NCBI GenBank assembly: GCA_016748015.1
Contig: JAAOMT010000303.1
Location: forward strand, 124,001-188,000
Reading direction: 5' to 3'
Length of the DNA stretch: 64,000 nt
Source: Geosiphon pyriformis uo1
Lineage: Eukaryota; Fungi; Glomeromycota
Positions 10,900 through 23,415 of this stretch are shown in pieces. Positions within the stretch are counted from its first letter, which is position 1, and each line of letters starts with the position of its first letter. Under the pieces are notes generated by a model, which was given only the letters and a program-made list of their open reading frames with translations, had not been told where the DNA came from and ran no database searches. A program made the position numbers and the translations under genes.

Positions 10900-13859
10900 A
10901 GAAGCTGGGAATCAGTTGATAAACAACCATCACCAATATCCAGTTTTGAGTAATTCTAGATCTTGGGTTTCTTGATGTTATTTGAATGGAGTTTTGGAGT
11001 GGTGTTTAAATTGGTTGTTGGGGCTGATAAATTATTTGGGGCTGCGGCTGATAAATTACCAGTGACTGCAGTTAATAAATTGGAGGTTGATAGATTAGTT
11101 ACTGCATCATTGGCAGGTAAGTAGTTTGATATTGGTCTTGATTTGGGTAGTGATTTTGAGTCTGAAATCTGCAATTAAGGTTTTGATATTGATTTCCCGA
11201 TTATGAATTGTTGCTATAAAATTGACAGTTGGCTCTAATGTGACCTTGTTTACTACAGTTATGGCAAACATGCATTTCTGGCTGCCATAGCTGATTGGGT
11301 AATGATGATGATTTTGATGGATGTGGCTAATTTTAGAAACAATTTGTGTTTCCTAAATTATTGCGTTGTTGTGGTGGTTAATAGATTGCATGATTGTCAG
11401 CTAAGTATTCCTCTTGTTTCTGATTGATTGTATCACTGAATTGTTTTAGTTTGGAATTCAAGTCAGATGATCTGTTCATCACTAAATTTACAGTTTGGAC
11501 ATGGTTGGCTTTTAGTTTGGCTGCTTCAAAATCTCTGGCATGGGTGATGGTAGTTGGGAGGTCAACTGGATGCATTGAGCATACTTGCTGAAGGATGCTA
11601 CTGCACAATCCTCTGATGAACTGGTTTAAGATCTGTGGCACTATAAAATAATGAGCTTAAATTGTCTGAATTTGGCACAGATTTCTATGGAAGCGTTGTT
11701 ACTCATAGAAATATAAAGAATATATATTAACATAGTTATTAGCCAATCAGAAGTAGACGTAGTAAAATGTGGAATTCCAGAATTCCTTTCAGGAATTGCA
11801 GGATTCCAGGAATTACAGGATTCTCACAAGAAATTGCAGGATTCCAGAATTCCAGGATTCCTCTCAAAAAAATTGCAGAATTCCAGGAATTCCAGAATTC
11901 CTGTTGTAAAAAATTGAAGAATTGAGGAATCTCAATTATGTATATATAGCAGTAGGATTAAAAGCTGAAAGAATGGATCTCAAAGTTTAGATTTCATCTA
12001 GACAATCTTTCAAACACAATAAATAACTATTTGGTATCTCAAACCTAATTCCACTATCAATACTCTATGTTAATAGTAATTGATACTTAAACACACTAGA
12101 ACAATAGCTCTTGATCACGGCTATTAACGGAATACTGACTTGCAAAATTGTCTTGGCTTATTTATGATTTTTTTTATTTCTTTTCTTTATTTTATTTTGA
12201 TTTTATTGTTGTGCACTAATTGGTTAAATAAAGTGCTAGATTACTAACGTCAAGGATTGTCTGGTAAAATACTCTTACAAGAGGGTAGGACACGTACAAA
12301 AGATATGGAATACTTACCAGAGGATTGCCGGCCATCACACTGAGAGAAGAATTGACAGAATTGCGATTCTGGGAAGCTACAAATAAAATAACTATTGAAT
12401 ATCTGTTTATTATACAAAGAACTCAAACTGAAATCTTCAGATACAAAACCTTCAGATTAATAACATCAATGCAAATAACTTTTAGTACCAAGTTACGGGT
12501 TTGTTATTTGATTCAACATCCCAAATAATCACTTGTAATAGCATTCCAAGTAAGTGGTGACTGCTTCTGTGTCCCCTTGTTTGATGGTGGTAAATGTGTT
12601 GGTCAAGTAATTGATATTATTGTTATTACTAAAGTATCTTAAGAATTCTGTTTTGAACTCATTAAAGGTTTGTGGTTTGGCGGCTAGGCTCTGATACCAC
12701 AAGTTGGCAGTATCTTTGAGAAAATAGGAGATTGCTTGAAGAGTTCTATTGTCATTCTATCCATTGGCCACTATGGCTTTTTTAACATCATTGAACCATA
12801 TTTGGGCGTCGTCCTTTTTGCCAATAAAATTGTCAAGTTTTGTGATTGGTACATAGGCCATTGGATCTAAGTTGGGTTGTTGTGATGGTAGTTGAAGTGG
12901 TTGTTGTTGCATGATTGGGGTGGTAGTTGAAGTGGCGGTTGTATGGGTTCAACTATTGGATTAATTGGTGGTTGATTGATAACGATTACTGGAGGTAAGT
13001 TTTGTTGATTTATTAAATCAGGATTTCGATTATCCTGAGTTGGTGATGTCTGAATATTCGGAGTTTTGATTTCTGGATTTTTTGAGTTTAGATTTTGCTG
13101 GGTTTAAAGATTTGGAGTTTTAAATTCCAGGTTTTTAGCAATTGGGTTCTGGTAAGTGAATTCTTGATCTTCAGCTTTTTCTTCTTCTTCTTCTTCTTCT
13201 TCTTCTGATTCCGTTACTTCCCACGGATCAGAAATTCCAAAATCTGGAGGAGGTGGTGGCAATCAGAGTCCTGATGGCATTGATAATTGTGAGTTAAATC
13301 CTTCAAAATACATGCCATATGGTCCTAATAACTCTGCTTTCCTTTGTTTACTTTGGAATAGGAATTGTCCAAATGCTGATGTTGCGTTTGATGTGGCCAT
13401 GCTGGTAGATGTAATATTAATGGTGCTTCTGGATGTATAGTAGTATGATGGATTAGTTGGAAACTCAACTCTTGTTTTCTTCCAAGTAGGTAGTTGTATT
13501 CTTTTGGGTGTTACTGCTGGTGTTTGTAGTTTTCCTTTGCCTTTGTTCGCGTAAGTAATGGGGTATTTTTGCTGTGTATGGTGTTCAATTTTTTTGTTGA
13601 TTTCCATGATGATGGAGGCGAAATTGTGATTTGTTGGCAGGTTGGTATTTTGAATTAATTTACTGTAAAAGACTTCTCTTGCTAATTTAATATTTACTAA
13701 TGTTCCTAACAGATAGGCAATTCTTTCATTGATGTAGAAATTGAAAGCTGATTCTGCTGATATGTGGTTGTGATTTAATTTCAAATGTTGACAGTAGTGT
13801 TGAAATAAAGATTTTGCAAATTCTAGATAGTTTGCTTCTATGTTTTTTGATTCTGCCAC
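10900..13859 (-). pseudogene. Gag of copy A (N-terminal extension, capsid-like domain, CCHC knuckle), split by a solo LTR
   Basis: CHNCSKQGHIRANC at ~11230-11270; QILNQFIRGL; N-terminal VAESKNIEANYLEFAKSLFQHYC. Confidence 0.85.
11697..12540 (+). mobile_element. Solo LTR of the same family, inserted antisense into gag of copy A
   Basis: Termini TGTTACTCATAG...TGTAATA with flanks GCGT/GCAT. Removing it restores aagcattccaagtaag, matching the uninterrupted copy at ~39420. Confidence 0.92.
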
Positions 13860-13918
13860 TTTTAGATTTGTGTTGGTGCTGGTTTTCTGTAGGATTATAT
13901 CTTACAGAAAGCACCAAA

Positions 13919-14711
13919 TGTTACAGGTGACTATTTCTGGTGTTGAATTAGATAACAAACCTGTAACTTGGTGCTCAAATCTAGTTGTAGTTGATAGTGA
14001 TCTGAAGGTTTGTGTCTGAAAGGTTTGTATCTGAAGAGTTTGGTTGAGTTTTTTGTATAATGAACAGAGATTCAATGGTAATAGTTTTATCCATAGCTTC
14101 CCAAAACCGCAGTTTTGTTAATTTTTTTCTCAGCTTGATGGCCGGTATTCCTCCTGGTAAGCTATCCTCAATTGAGTATTCTACTCTTATTTCTGGGTCT
14201 TTTACCAGTCATGTTTATCCTAATGTCAGTACTCCATGCGTTAATCCTCAATAGAGTTAGTAAACAACAATAAAATCAAAGCAAAAAATAAAAAAAAGAA
14301 AAGAAAATAAAGAAAGAAAAGAAATAAGCCAATGCAATTTGCAAGTTAGTATTCCGTCAATAGCCATGATCAAGAGCTATTGTTCCAGTATGGTTAAGTA
14401 TCAATTACTATCAACATGAAGTATTGATAGTAGCAGCAGATTTAAGATAACAAACAGTTATTTATTTGTGGTTTGGAAAGTTGTTTAGATGAAATCTAAA
14501 CTGAGAGGTCTGTCTTTTTAGCTTTTAATTCTACTACTATATATACATAATTGAGATTCCTCAATTCTTCAATTTTTTACAACAAGAATCTTGGGATTCC
14601 TGGAATTCTGCAATTCCTAAAAAAAATCTGGAATTTCACATTTTACTATGTCTACTTTTGATTGGTTAATAACTATGCTAATATATATTCTCTATATTTC
14701 TATGAGTAACA
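13919..14711 (-). repeat. 5' LTR of copy A
   Basis: Minus-strand termini TGTTACTCATAG...TGTAACA, with PBS at ~13901-13916. Confidence 0.92.
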
Positions 14712-17700
14712 CCACTGATATGGTGTATTTTTTGTCTTTCTTTTGGTGTTTCAATAGCAAATTGTTTGGTTGTTAACAATAACTTTTATGTTTAAAGATT
14801 ATTGACTTAAGGCCTGAAATAATTGTTGAGCTATGGTGTGAATATGATCTGGTATTTCCATTTTTTTTGGTTGCCTTTGTTACATATACTGTGTTTTTAT
14901 ATACTCTTTTATTGTTTGATTTTTTACATGTTTGGTCCAATAATTATGATTGGTTCCAGATTTTATGGAATCTTATTTGGTTGAACTAGTATTTGTTGTA
15001 CTCTTAATTGTGGAATGTTATTGGTGGATGGTGACACTGTATGGTGATATGGTTTCAGTTAATTATCATGTGCTGGTTTGGCTAAGATTTTGTTGTCCTA
15101 TCTTAATTTATAAGCTCTATTTTTAAGAATTTTTTCAATGTGAAATGGTCCATCCCATTTGGTGTTAAATTTTCTATTCCATTGTTTTTTCTCTTTAGTA
15201 AAATGTAGAAGTATTTTGTCTCCAATCTTGAATTCAACTGGTTTGTTTGGTAGTTGGTTATTGTGTCTCTCTTTTTGTTTTTCTTGTGATTTTTGAATGT
15301 TATCAGCTGCTTTTCATCACTTGTTTTCTAGAGTTTCTATCAAGTCATATGTTCTTCTTAGTAATATTTCCTGAAAATTGTCTTCAGTTATTGGTTCTGT
15401 TGGATAAGTGTTAACTTTTATCTCAACTGGTAATATTGCTGTTCTACTATATACTAATTCAAATAGTGTTGCTTGTATAGTATCTTGCTTCATTGTCCGA
15501 TAAGCAAATAGTACTGATGGTATAAACAAATCCCATTCATTCTGATTTTTTTGACTGATCTTGGCGATTGCTTTACACAATGTTCTGTTAAATCTTTTAA
15601 CTAGTCCATTTGTTTGTGGATGATATGGTGATGATAATGGTCTTTTTATCCCAAATTTTTGACTTAATTCTATTAACATTCTGTTCACAAAGTGAGTTTT
15701 TTGATCTGATAATAGTTCTTTTAGACATCCATGTCGACAAATCAAATCTTGATAAACAAATTTGGCAACGGATTTTACATCTGTTCTTTGAATGACTTTT
15801 GCTTTTGGCCATTTAGTAAGATAATCCATAGCTACTGTAATATATCTGTTGCCTCTACTGGTGATTGTTAATGGTTTGACTAAATCAATTTCCATGTGAT
15901 CAAATGGTTGTTCCACTTTAATTGGTCTTAATGGTTCACTTGGTCTTGTTTTTCCTCTTCTTTAACAAGCATCACAATTTTGAACATATTAGATGATGTC
16001 TGAATATATTGATGGCCAATAATATCTTTTTCTGGTTTTTTCTATGGTTGTTTCTTTATGAAAATGTCCTGCTGTTGAATCTGAGTGCATGTTAAATAAT
16101 ACTGTCTCTTTCTCTGGTTCTGTGATTACTTTGATTAATTGATCTAAATTTTTTCTGTTCTTCTAATAGAGTATATTTTGATAATTGATAAAATATTTTG
16201 ATTATTGTTTTATGTTGTTTTGTTCCTTTTGAGATAATTTCTTTTTGAACAATTGATTATTTATATAATGCTGGAGTTGTTGGTATTTTTGTGTGTTCAT
16301 TTTTTGTTATATTTTTGGGTTGAAATGTTTTTAGATTTGTCTCATTTGTAATAATCCATCAGCATTTCTATTGTCTTTTCTCTTTTTATAATGTACTGTA
16401 TAATTAAATAGTGAAAGTTTTATTTTCCATCTGGCATGGCAATTGTTTGCAAATTTTTGTTTCTGGATTGAAGTTAATCCTTTGTGATCAGTGTATACTT
16501 TAAACTTTTGGCTCAAGTATTCTTTCTATTTAATAACAGCCCAATAGATAGCTAAGTGTTCTAGTGCTGGAGTTCCATAGTTCTTTTTAGCTGGGCTTAA
16601 GCTTCTACTGGCGTAAGCTATTGGATGTTCTCTTCCATCTGATTCTTTTTGTGATAGTACTGCTCCCAATGCTTGATCTGATGCATTGGTGGTGATTATA
16701 AATAGTTTGCTGTAGTCTGAATACATCAATACTGGAGCTTGGATAAGTTTTCTTCTTAATGTGTCAAATGCTTCTTATTGAGCTTCAGTTCATTCATACT
16801 TTACATTCTTGGTCTGTAGATGGTAAAGTGGCTGAGCCAGTTTTGAGAAATCTTTGATAAAATGGCAATAATAGCATGCGAAACCTAAAAATGCTCTTAG
16901 TTCTGTTAAGTTGGTTGGTACTAGAAAGTTCTTAACTACTTCAATCTTGTCTGGGTCCATTTTGATTCCATTTTTGCTTACTACATATCCCAAAAACTTG
17001 AGTTCAGTTTTTCCAAAGAAATATTTGGTTGCATTTAGTTTCAATCCTGTTCTTTTTAACCTTTCAAACACTTGTTGGAGATGATGCAGATGATCATCAA
17101 ATGTTTTTGAGAACACATTGGTGTCATCCAAGTATACAACTACTGATTTTTATAGTAATTCAGTATAGATGATTTCCATGAGCTATTGGAATATTGCTGG
17201 GGCATTCATCAAGCCAAATAGCATGATTTCAAACTCAAAATTTCCTCCTCTTATGGTGAACACTGTTTTCTTTTTATCAGCTGGATCCATGGCTACTTGC
17301 CAGTAACCACTATCTAAATTTAGTGTTGAGAACTATTTGTTTCCACTGAAAGTGTTGAATAGTTTTTATATCCGTGGAGTTGGATAGCTGTCTCCATGAG
17401 TTACACTATTAAGTTTCCAGTAGTCTACACAAAAACAGATTTTCCCATTTTTCTTTTGGACCAGTACCACTGGTGATGACCATGGATTTATTGATGGCTG
17501 AATTAGCCTATTGTCAAGCATTCAGTTAATTTCTTGACAAATAATCTCATGGCTTGCTGGTGGTACTTTGTATGCTCTTTGTTTTATTGGCATTGTATCT
17601 CTAGTCTTGATCTGATGCTGGATAATATTGGTTTGGCCAAATTCATTTTTGCTGGCAAAGATGTCATTAAAATTGTTGAGTAACATCTTGAGTTGCATCT

Positions 17701-18164
17701 GTTGAAATGGATCTAGATTTCCCATGTTTATTTGTTCCAATTGTTTTGGTTGGAGCAGATAACATTCATTTTTTCTATAGATGGTTTGTAATGTAATGTC
17801 CACATATCCACAAAGCTATGGAAAATCTGGAATATGGTCTGGTAGTTGATCCTCAACTTCAGTGGTTAAATATCCAATGATGGTTCTCTTTGGTATTTTG
17901 ATGACATTTCTCATTGTATTGTAGATGAGAATTTCGATATTTTTGGGGCTTTTGGCTAATATGTAGAGATTAGTAAGTCCAATTTTTCCTGATTTGCAAA
18001 TAATGATTTCTGCTTTAAACAACTGAGCCTGATTCTTTACTTCTTTTTTTATGGCTAACCTATACTGGTCATATGGTGAGATGGAAATTGTTTGACAGGT
18101 TAAGATAATTTCTCCTTTGCCAACAATTTCTTTCTCTGCTATATTAACTGATATATCTATTCTA

Positions 18165-18545
18165 CCCATTGATCCAAATCTCTGTATTCCTTTAACTGTT
18201 ATCCCTAATTCTTTTCTTTTTTTCACTAACACTAACTGAGCTATTTTCACCAGAGGTAAAAATATTGCTTGTGCTATCTTTTTATTTGGCTCTATAATAT
18301 AGGCTTTTTCCAAATTATTTTGTAGCATAGCAATGATATTTCCTATGTATCCTGCATCAATTATTCCTCCTCTGATGTTGATTCTCTTTTTGGCTAGGTT
18401 ACTCCTAGATGCTAACTGAATCATTGTTGTTGCTAGAATTTTCAACACTATTTTGAGATCAATGTAGATGTGCAAATGGGGTTCCAATTTTATGGCATCC
18501 TTTCCAAAATATCTCAGATCAAACTCTGCATCAGTATTATGCACA
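18165..18545 (-). pseudogene. dUTPase domain of copy B
   Basis: DAEFDL, LASRSNLA, GGIIDAGYIGNI, IAQAI, KGIQRFGSMG within ORF 17816-18751. Confidence 0.9.
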
Positions 18546-21500
18546 TGCTCTGGTCTGTTACCTTCATTATTGTTACTGAACCATTTTAGTTTCTGCTCCT
18601 TGGTGAGGTCAGGAAGCACTATAAATGTTTCGAAGTTTGGATTTGAGTCCAAATTGCTATTATCTTTGTTGCCATATTGAATGGAGCTGGAATCATTGTT
18701 TTCATTGTTATCATTATCAGAGTTTGAATCAGAATTGAAAATTGATTCCAATTCTAATATGCAGTTGCTTATTGGTTCATTTTCTTCTGAAATTGTGTAG
18801 ATTATGTGTGATGATGGATTGTAAATGAGGTCACATTCATTACAATACTGAAAGTCACAGGGGATTAAGCAATATTAACATAATCGAGTGTTCAACTGCT
18901 CTAAATGCTGCTCTTGTTCTTCCCTAGTAGGTGCCAAATGCTGGTAATGTTCATGAAACTCTTCTGGGTTGTCTTTAATGTTGCCAAAGACGTCAAAAGT
19001 TTGTATGTATTTGGGTTCAGGAAGAGATAGAGGGTTGTTTTTGATCTCTAGTAGTTCACTGGTTGTCACATCTTCTGTTTTTGCATATGCCATTCTCCAT
19101 AGTTCATTTTCATTATGGGGATATCCTTCCAATTGTTACAATGCTCATTTTCAGGCATCATCAATTGGTGTTTCTTTGCTTACCCAATTATTTATTAGTA
19201 TGGTATACTGGCATGTCTCATCGCACGTTCCTTTATGCCCAGGAATGTTATTCCACATTCCTTTGTTAGGTAAAATAGTTCCACATGCAAGACATGATTG
19301 GTTATCTTACTTTCCTTGTTGTTTTGGTTATCCAAAGCATTTTACGATACATGGGCAACAGTAAAATCTTGTGGCTGTGGAGTATTCCTCATTATTGCCA
19401 CAGCATGCACCCATTGATAATAATTTCTTGCTGCAATTGACGCATTCCAATTTTGGTTGATGATAATTGGATGGTGGTAATGAAGTATAAGCATATGAAC
19501 TATAAGTGCTACTGGTGAGATTGTTTTTTTTTTCTTTCTCTTTTCCTTTTCCCTTATTAATTTTTTCTCACTCCCAGTTCGCTGGTTCGTCTTGGTCATT
19601 ATCAGTTTCCCAGTTTTGGTTAGTATTCCAAGTAAGTTCTTTGTTTTCTTTTCCTTTTCCCTTGTCATTCTACGAAAGTATTGGTGATAGCTTATTGTGG
19701 TCTTCGTCAGCCCAAAAGACTTGGTATGCTTCTCAGGTAGGTTTCTCTTTTTCTTCTTTGAATTTGATAAGTAGAGCTGATGACATGATGATGGATTTGA
19801 AATGGTCACACATGGCTGATACATGTGTGTGTTGTCTGTTCTGGCTGAGCTGGAGCTCTTGGGTGTTCCAATCAAGTGTCACATTGATTTTGAACAGCCA
19901 GTTATTACCCACTAGTGTTTGGTATTGAGTGGCTTCCATGACTAATACCTTGATTGGTATGGTGATGCCATTGATTTCTATGGGCAAGTTATCTATTTCA
20001 CCAATTGGAGTCTTGGTGGCTCTATTAGTGGTGATTATTCTTGCACTGGCAGCTCGATCAACTCAATGACCTAATTAGTCTATGAGCTGTCTTGTGATAA
20101 TGCTGCCAGCTAATTCACTATCTAGGATCAGTTTGATGGACTGACCATTAATTTTGGCATCTGTGTATATCACCATGATAGGTTTTTTTTCAAGTGTGGC
20201 TTTACTGAACAAAGGGGTTTCTGTCAGTTCCTCAATTTTGAAAGGAAATATAGCTGCTAGAGACTCGTCTTCCATGACAGTGGCTGGTGGAATATTGGTA
20301 AGTGATTGCTTCTGTTTGGATTTCTGAGTGTTGGATAAGGCATCTTCTGAGATAGCCAGAAGACTTAAATAGTTCTGAAAACTCAAGTTTTGAGTATACC
20401 CAGTTCCTGAACTCTATTGTTGTAATCCTGATGGCTAGTTGGATGAACTGGGGATTGGTTAGTGAACAACCATTGCTGATTTCCAGTTTTAGGTAACTTT
20501 TAATCTGAGGTTTTCTGATGTCATTTGAGCTGGGTTTGATGGTGGTGTTTGAACTGTGGGTGTCTGATAAATTATTTGTGGCTGTGGTGGTTGATATATT
20601 ATTGGTGACTGTGGTTGATAAACTGGAGGTTGATATACGGATGGTTGATATATTGACTGTTGTGTCATTGGCAGATAAGTTGGTTAATATGGGGCTGGAT
20701 TGAATTGATAACTCAGAGTTGGGAACCAGTGATCAGGGTTTCAATATTGATTTCCTGATTATTGGTTATTATTATAAAATTGGCAGTCAGCTCTAATGTG
20801 GCCTTGTTTACCACAGTTATGGCAGACATGTATTTCTTGTTACCATGGCTAATTTGAAGATGATGATAGATGCATCTGATTTTGGAAACAATTTATGTTT
20901 CTTGAATTATTGCGTCATTGTGGTGGTTGATAAATTGCACGATTTTTAGCTAAGTATCCTTCCAATTTCTGATTAATTGAATCACTGAATTGTTTCAATT
21001 TGGAATCCAATTCAGTTGATCTATTTATCACTAGATTAATGGCTTGAGCATGGCTTGCTTTGAGTTCTACCAATTCAAAATTTTTGGTATTTGTAATAGC
21101 ATTTTGGAGAGTTTGTGAATGCATTAAACATATGCACTAGAGAAGGCTACTATGCAGTCTATGGATGAACTGGTTTAGAATCTGAAGTGCAGTAAAATAG
21201 TCAGCTTGAATTGCTTGGATTTGGCGTAAATTCCTGTAAAAACATCCTAAGTAAGTGGTAACTGTTTCAGTTTCTCCTTGTTTGATTGTAATGAAGGTGT
21301 TGGCTAAGCAATTAATACTGTTATTATTACTGAAATATCCCAAAAATGCAGTTTTGAATTCCTGGAATGTTTGAGGTTTAATGGCTAAACTCTAATATCA
21401 TGAGTCAGTGATATCTTGTAGAAAATAGAGAATCACTTGAAAAGCTCTGTTATTGTTTCATCCATTGGCTGCAATGGCTTTTTCCACATCGTTGAGCCAT

Positions 21501-22598
21501 ACTTGAGTGTCATTCTCTTCATCGGTAAATTTCTTGATTTTGACGATTGAAGCATAAGCCATTGGTTGTTGTTGTGGTTGCTACTGGTTTTGTTGAGATA
21601 GTGGTTGTAGCTGTTGTTGTTGTTCAGCATTTGGTGGAGCTGGTGGTAGATTGATCACAATTACTGAAGGTAAGTGTTGTTGGTTGATTGTTTTGGAGTT
21701 TCGATTATTCTGAGTTGGCAGTGTCTGAATATTTGGAGTTTTGATTTCTGGATTTTCTAAAGTTGAATTTTGCTGAGTTTAAAAGTTCAGAGTTTTGATT
21801 TTCAAGTTTTCTATGATCGGGTTCTGGTAGGTAAATTCTTGATCTTCAGATTTTTCTTCTTCTTCTTCTTCTTGTTCTTTTTCCAATTCAGTGATTTTCC
21901 ACGAATTTACTGTTCTGAAATCTGGTTGAGGTGGCAGGGATCAAAATTCTGATGGCGTTGGTAATCGAGATTTAAATTCTTCAAAATATTTGCCATATAG
22001 TCCTAATAGATCTTCTTTCCTTTGTTTACTTTGAAATAGAAATTTTTCAACTGCTAATGTTGTGATTGCTGTGGATGTGTCTGTTGATATTATATTGATG
22101 GTGCTTCTGGGTGTATAATAGTATGATGAGTTGGTTGGTGATTCAACTCTTGTTTTCTTTCATGTAGGTGGTTGTATTCTTTGAGGTATTACTGCTGGTG
22201 TTTGTAGTTTTTCTTTACCTTTACTTGCATAAGTAATTGGATATCTTTGCTGTATATGATATTCGATTTCTTTATTGATCTCAGTGATGATGGATGTGAA
22301 ATTATGATTTGTTGGTAGGCTGGTGTTTTGAATTAATTCATTGTAAAAAGTTTCTCTTGCTGATTCAATATTTACTAATGTACCCAACAAATATGCAATT
22401 CTCTCATTAATGTAGTAATTAAAGACTGATTCTGCTGATATGTAATTATGGTTCAATCCTAAGTGTTGGCAATAATGCTGAAATAAAAATTTTGTGAATC
22501 CTAGATGGTTTGCTCCTATGCTTTTTGATTCTGCCACTTTTGGATGGGGTTGTTGGTGCTGGTTCTCTGTAGAATTATACTCTACAGAGAGCACCAAA

Positions 22599-23415
22599 TG
22601 TTACAGGTGATTATTTGGGGTCTTAAATCAAATAACAAACCCATAACTTGGTGTTCAATTAATATATAATGTGGTTGGTAATATCTAAAGGTATTGTTAT
22701 CTGAAGGTTTTGGTTGAGTTTTTTGTATAATAGACAGAGATTCAATTGTAATAGTTTTATCCATAGCTTCCCGAAACTGCAGTTTTGTCAATTTTTTTCT
22801 TAGCTTGATGGCTGGTATTTTTTCTGGTAAGCTATCCTTAATCGAGTATTCTACCCTTATTTTTGGGTCTTTTATCAGTGTTATATCCTGACATCAGTAC
22901 TCCATGCATTAATCCTCAATAGAGTTAGTAATAACAAAATAAAAAAGAAAAAAAAAGAAAAATAAAATAAAAAAATAAGTCAAGGCAATACACAAGTTAG
23001 TATCTGTCAATAGCCATAATCAAAAGCTATTGTTCCAGTGTGGTTAAGTATCAATTGCTATCAACATGAAGTGTTAATAGTGAAGAGTGGATTTGGATGG
23101 TAAATAATTTATTTATTCAATATTTGAGAATAAGAGATTTCTAACTAAAAAATTCTCCTTTTTCTACTTCTAATGCTACCACTATATATACATAATTTCT
23201 TGAGCAATGCTCACATTGCTGAGTAATGTGCTCTAATTTTCTAATATTGCTTCACATTGCTGAGCAATATGCCATGTTTTCTAACATTGCTCCACATTGC
23301 TGAGCAATGTGCCATGATTTCTGATATTGCTCTACATTGCTGAACAATGTGCTTACGTGTTAAATACTATTCTTTTATTGGTCTGCTATATCTGTTTTCT
23401 TTTTTATGAGTAACA
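22599..23415 (-). repeat. 5' LTR of copy B with a 40-bp tandem palindrome array in U3
   Basis: Termini TGTTACTCAT...TGTAACA; array at 23200-23352. Confidence 0.9.

Larger units (their letters stand above)
3774..14711 (-). mobile_element. Near-complete Ty3/Gypsy element (copy A), inserted in ORF3 of copy B
   Basis: 5' LTR 13919-14711 and 3' LTR 3774-4604 are near-identical; the 3' LTR lacks ~40 bp at its distal end. Gag, PR, dUTPase, RT, RH, IN and ORF3 fragments lie in order. Confidence 0.92.
14712..23415 (-). mobile_element. Ty3/Gypsy copy B (5' LTR through IN and the start of ORF3; 3' end lost), inserted in gag of copy E/D
   Basis: LTR 22599-23415 plus PBS; gag; PR (LDSEL); dUTPase ~18165-18545; RT with intact VYLDDT at ~17120-17137; RH; IN from ATG 16300. 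Confidence 0.92.

Noticed and set aside
10860-11180. Programmed gag-pol frameshift suggested by ORF 10956-11174
   Set aside because: The Q/P-rich frame continuing from the CCHC knuckle runs directly into the protease frame. The listed ORF is an alternative frame, and copy F fragments from gag to dUTPase share one frame.
23200-23352. CRISPR-like array of palindromic repeats
   Set aside because: The spacers are near-identical, the array lies inside an LTR, and the context is eukaryotic with no cas genes.
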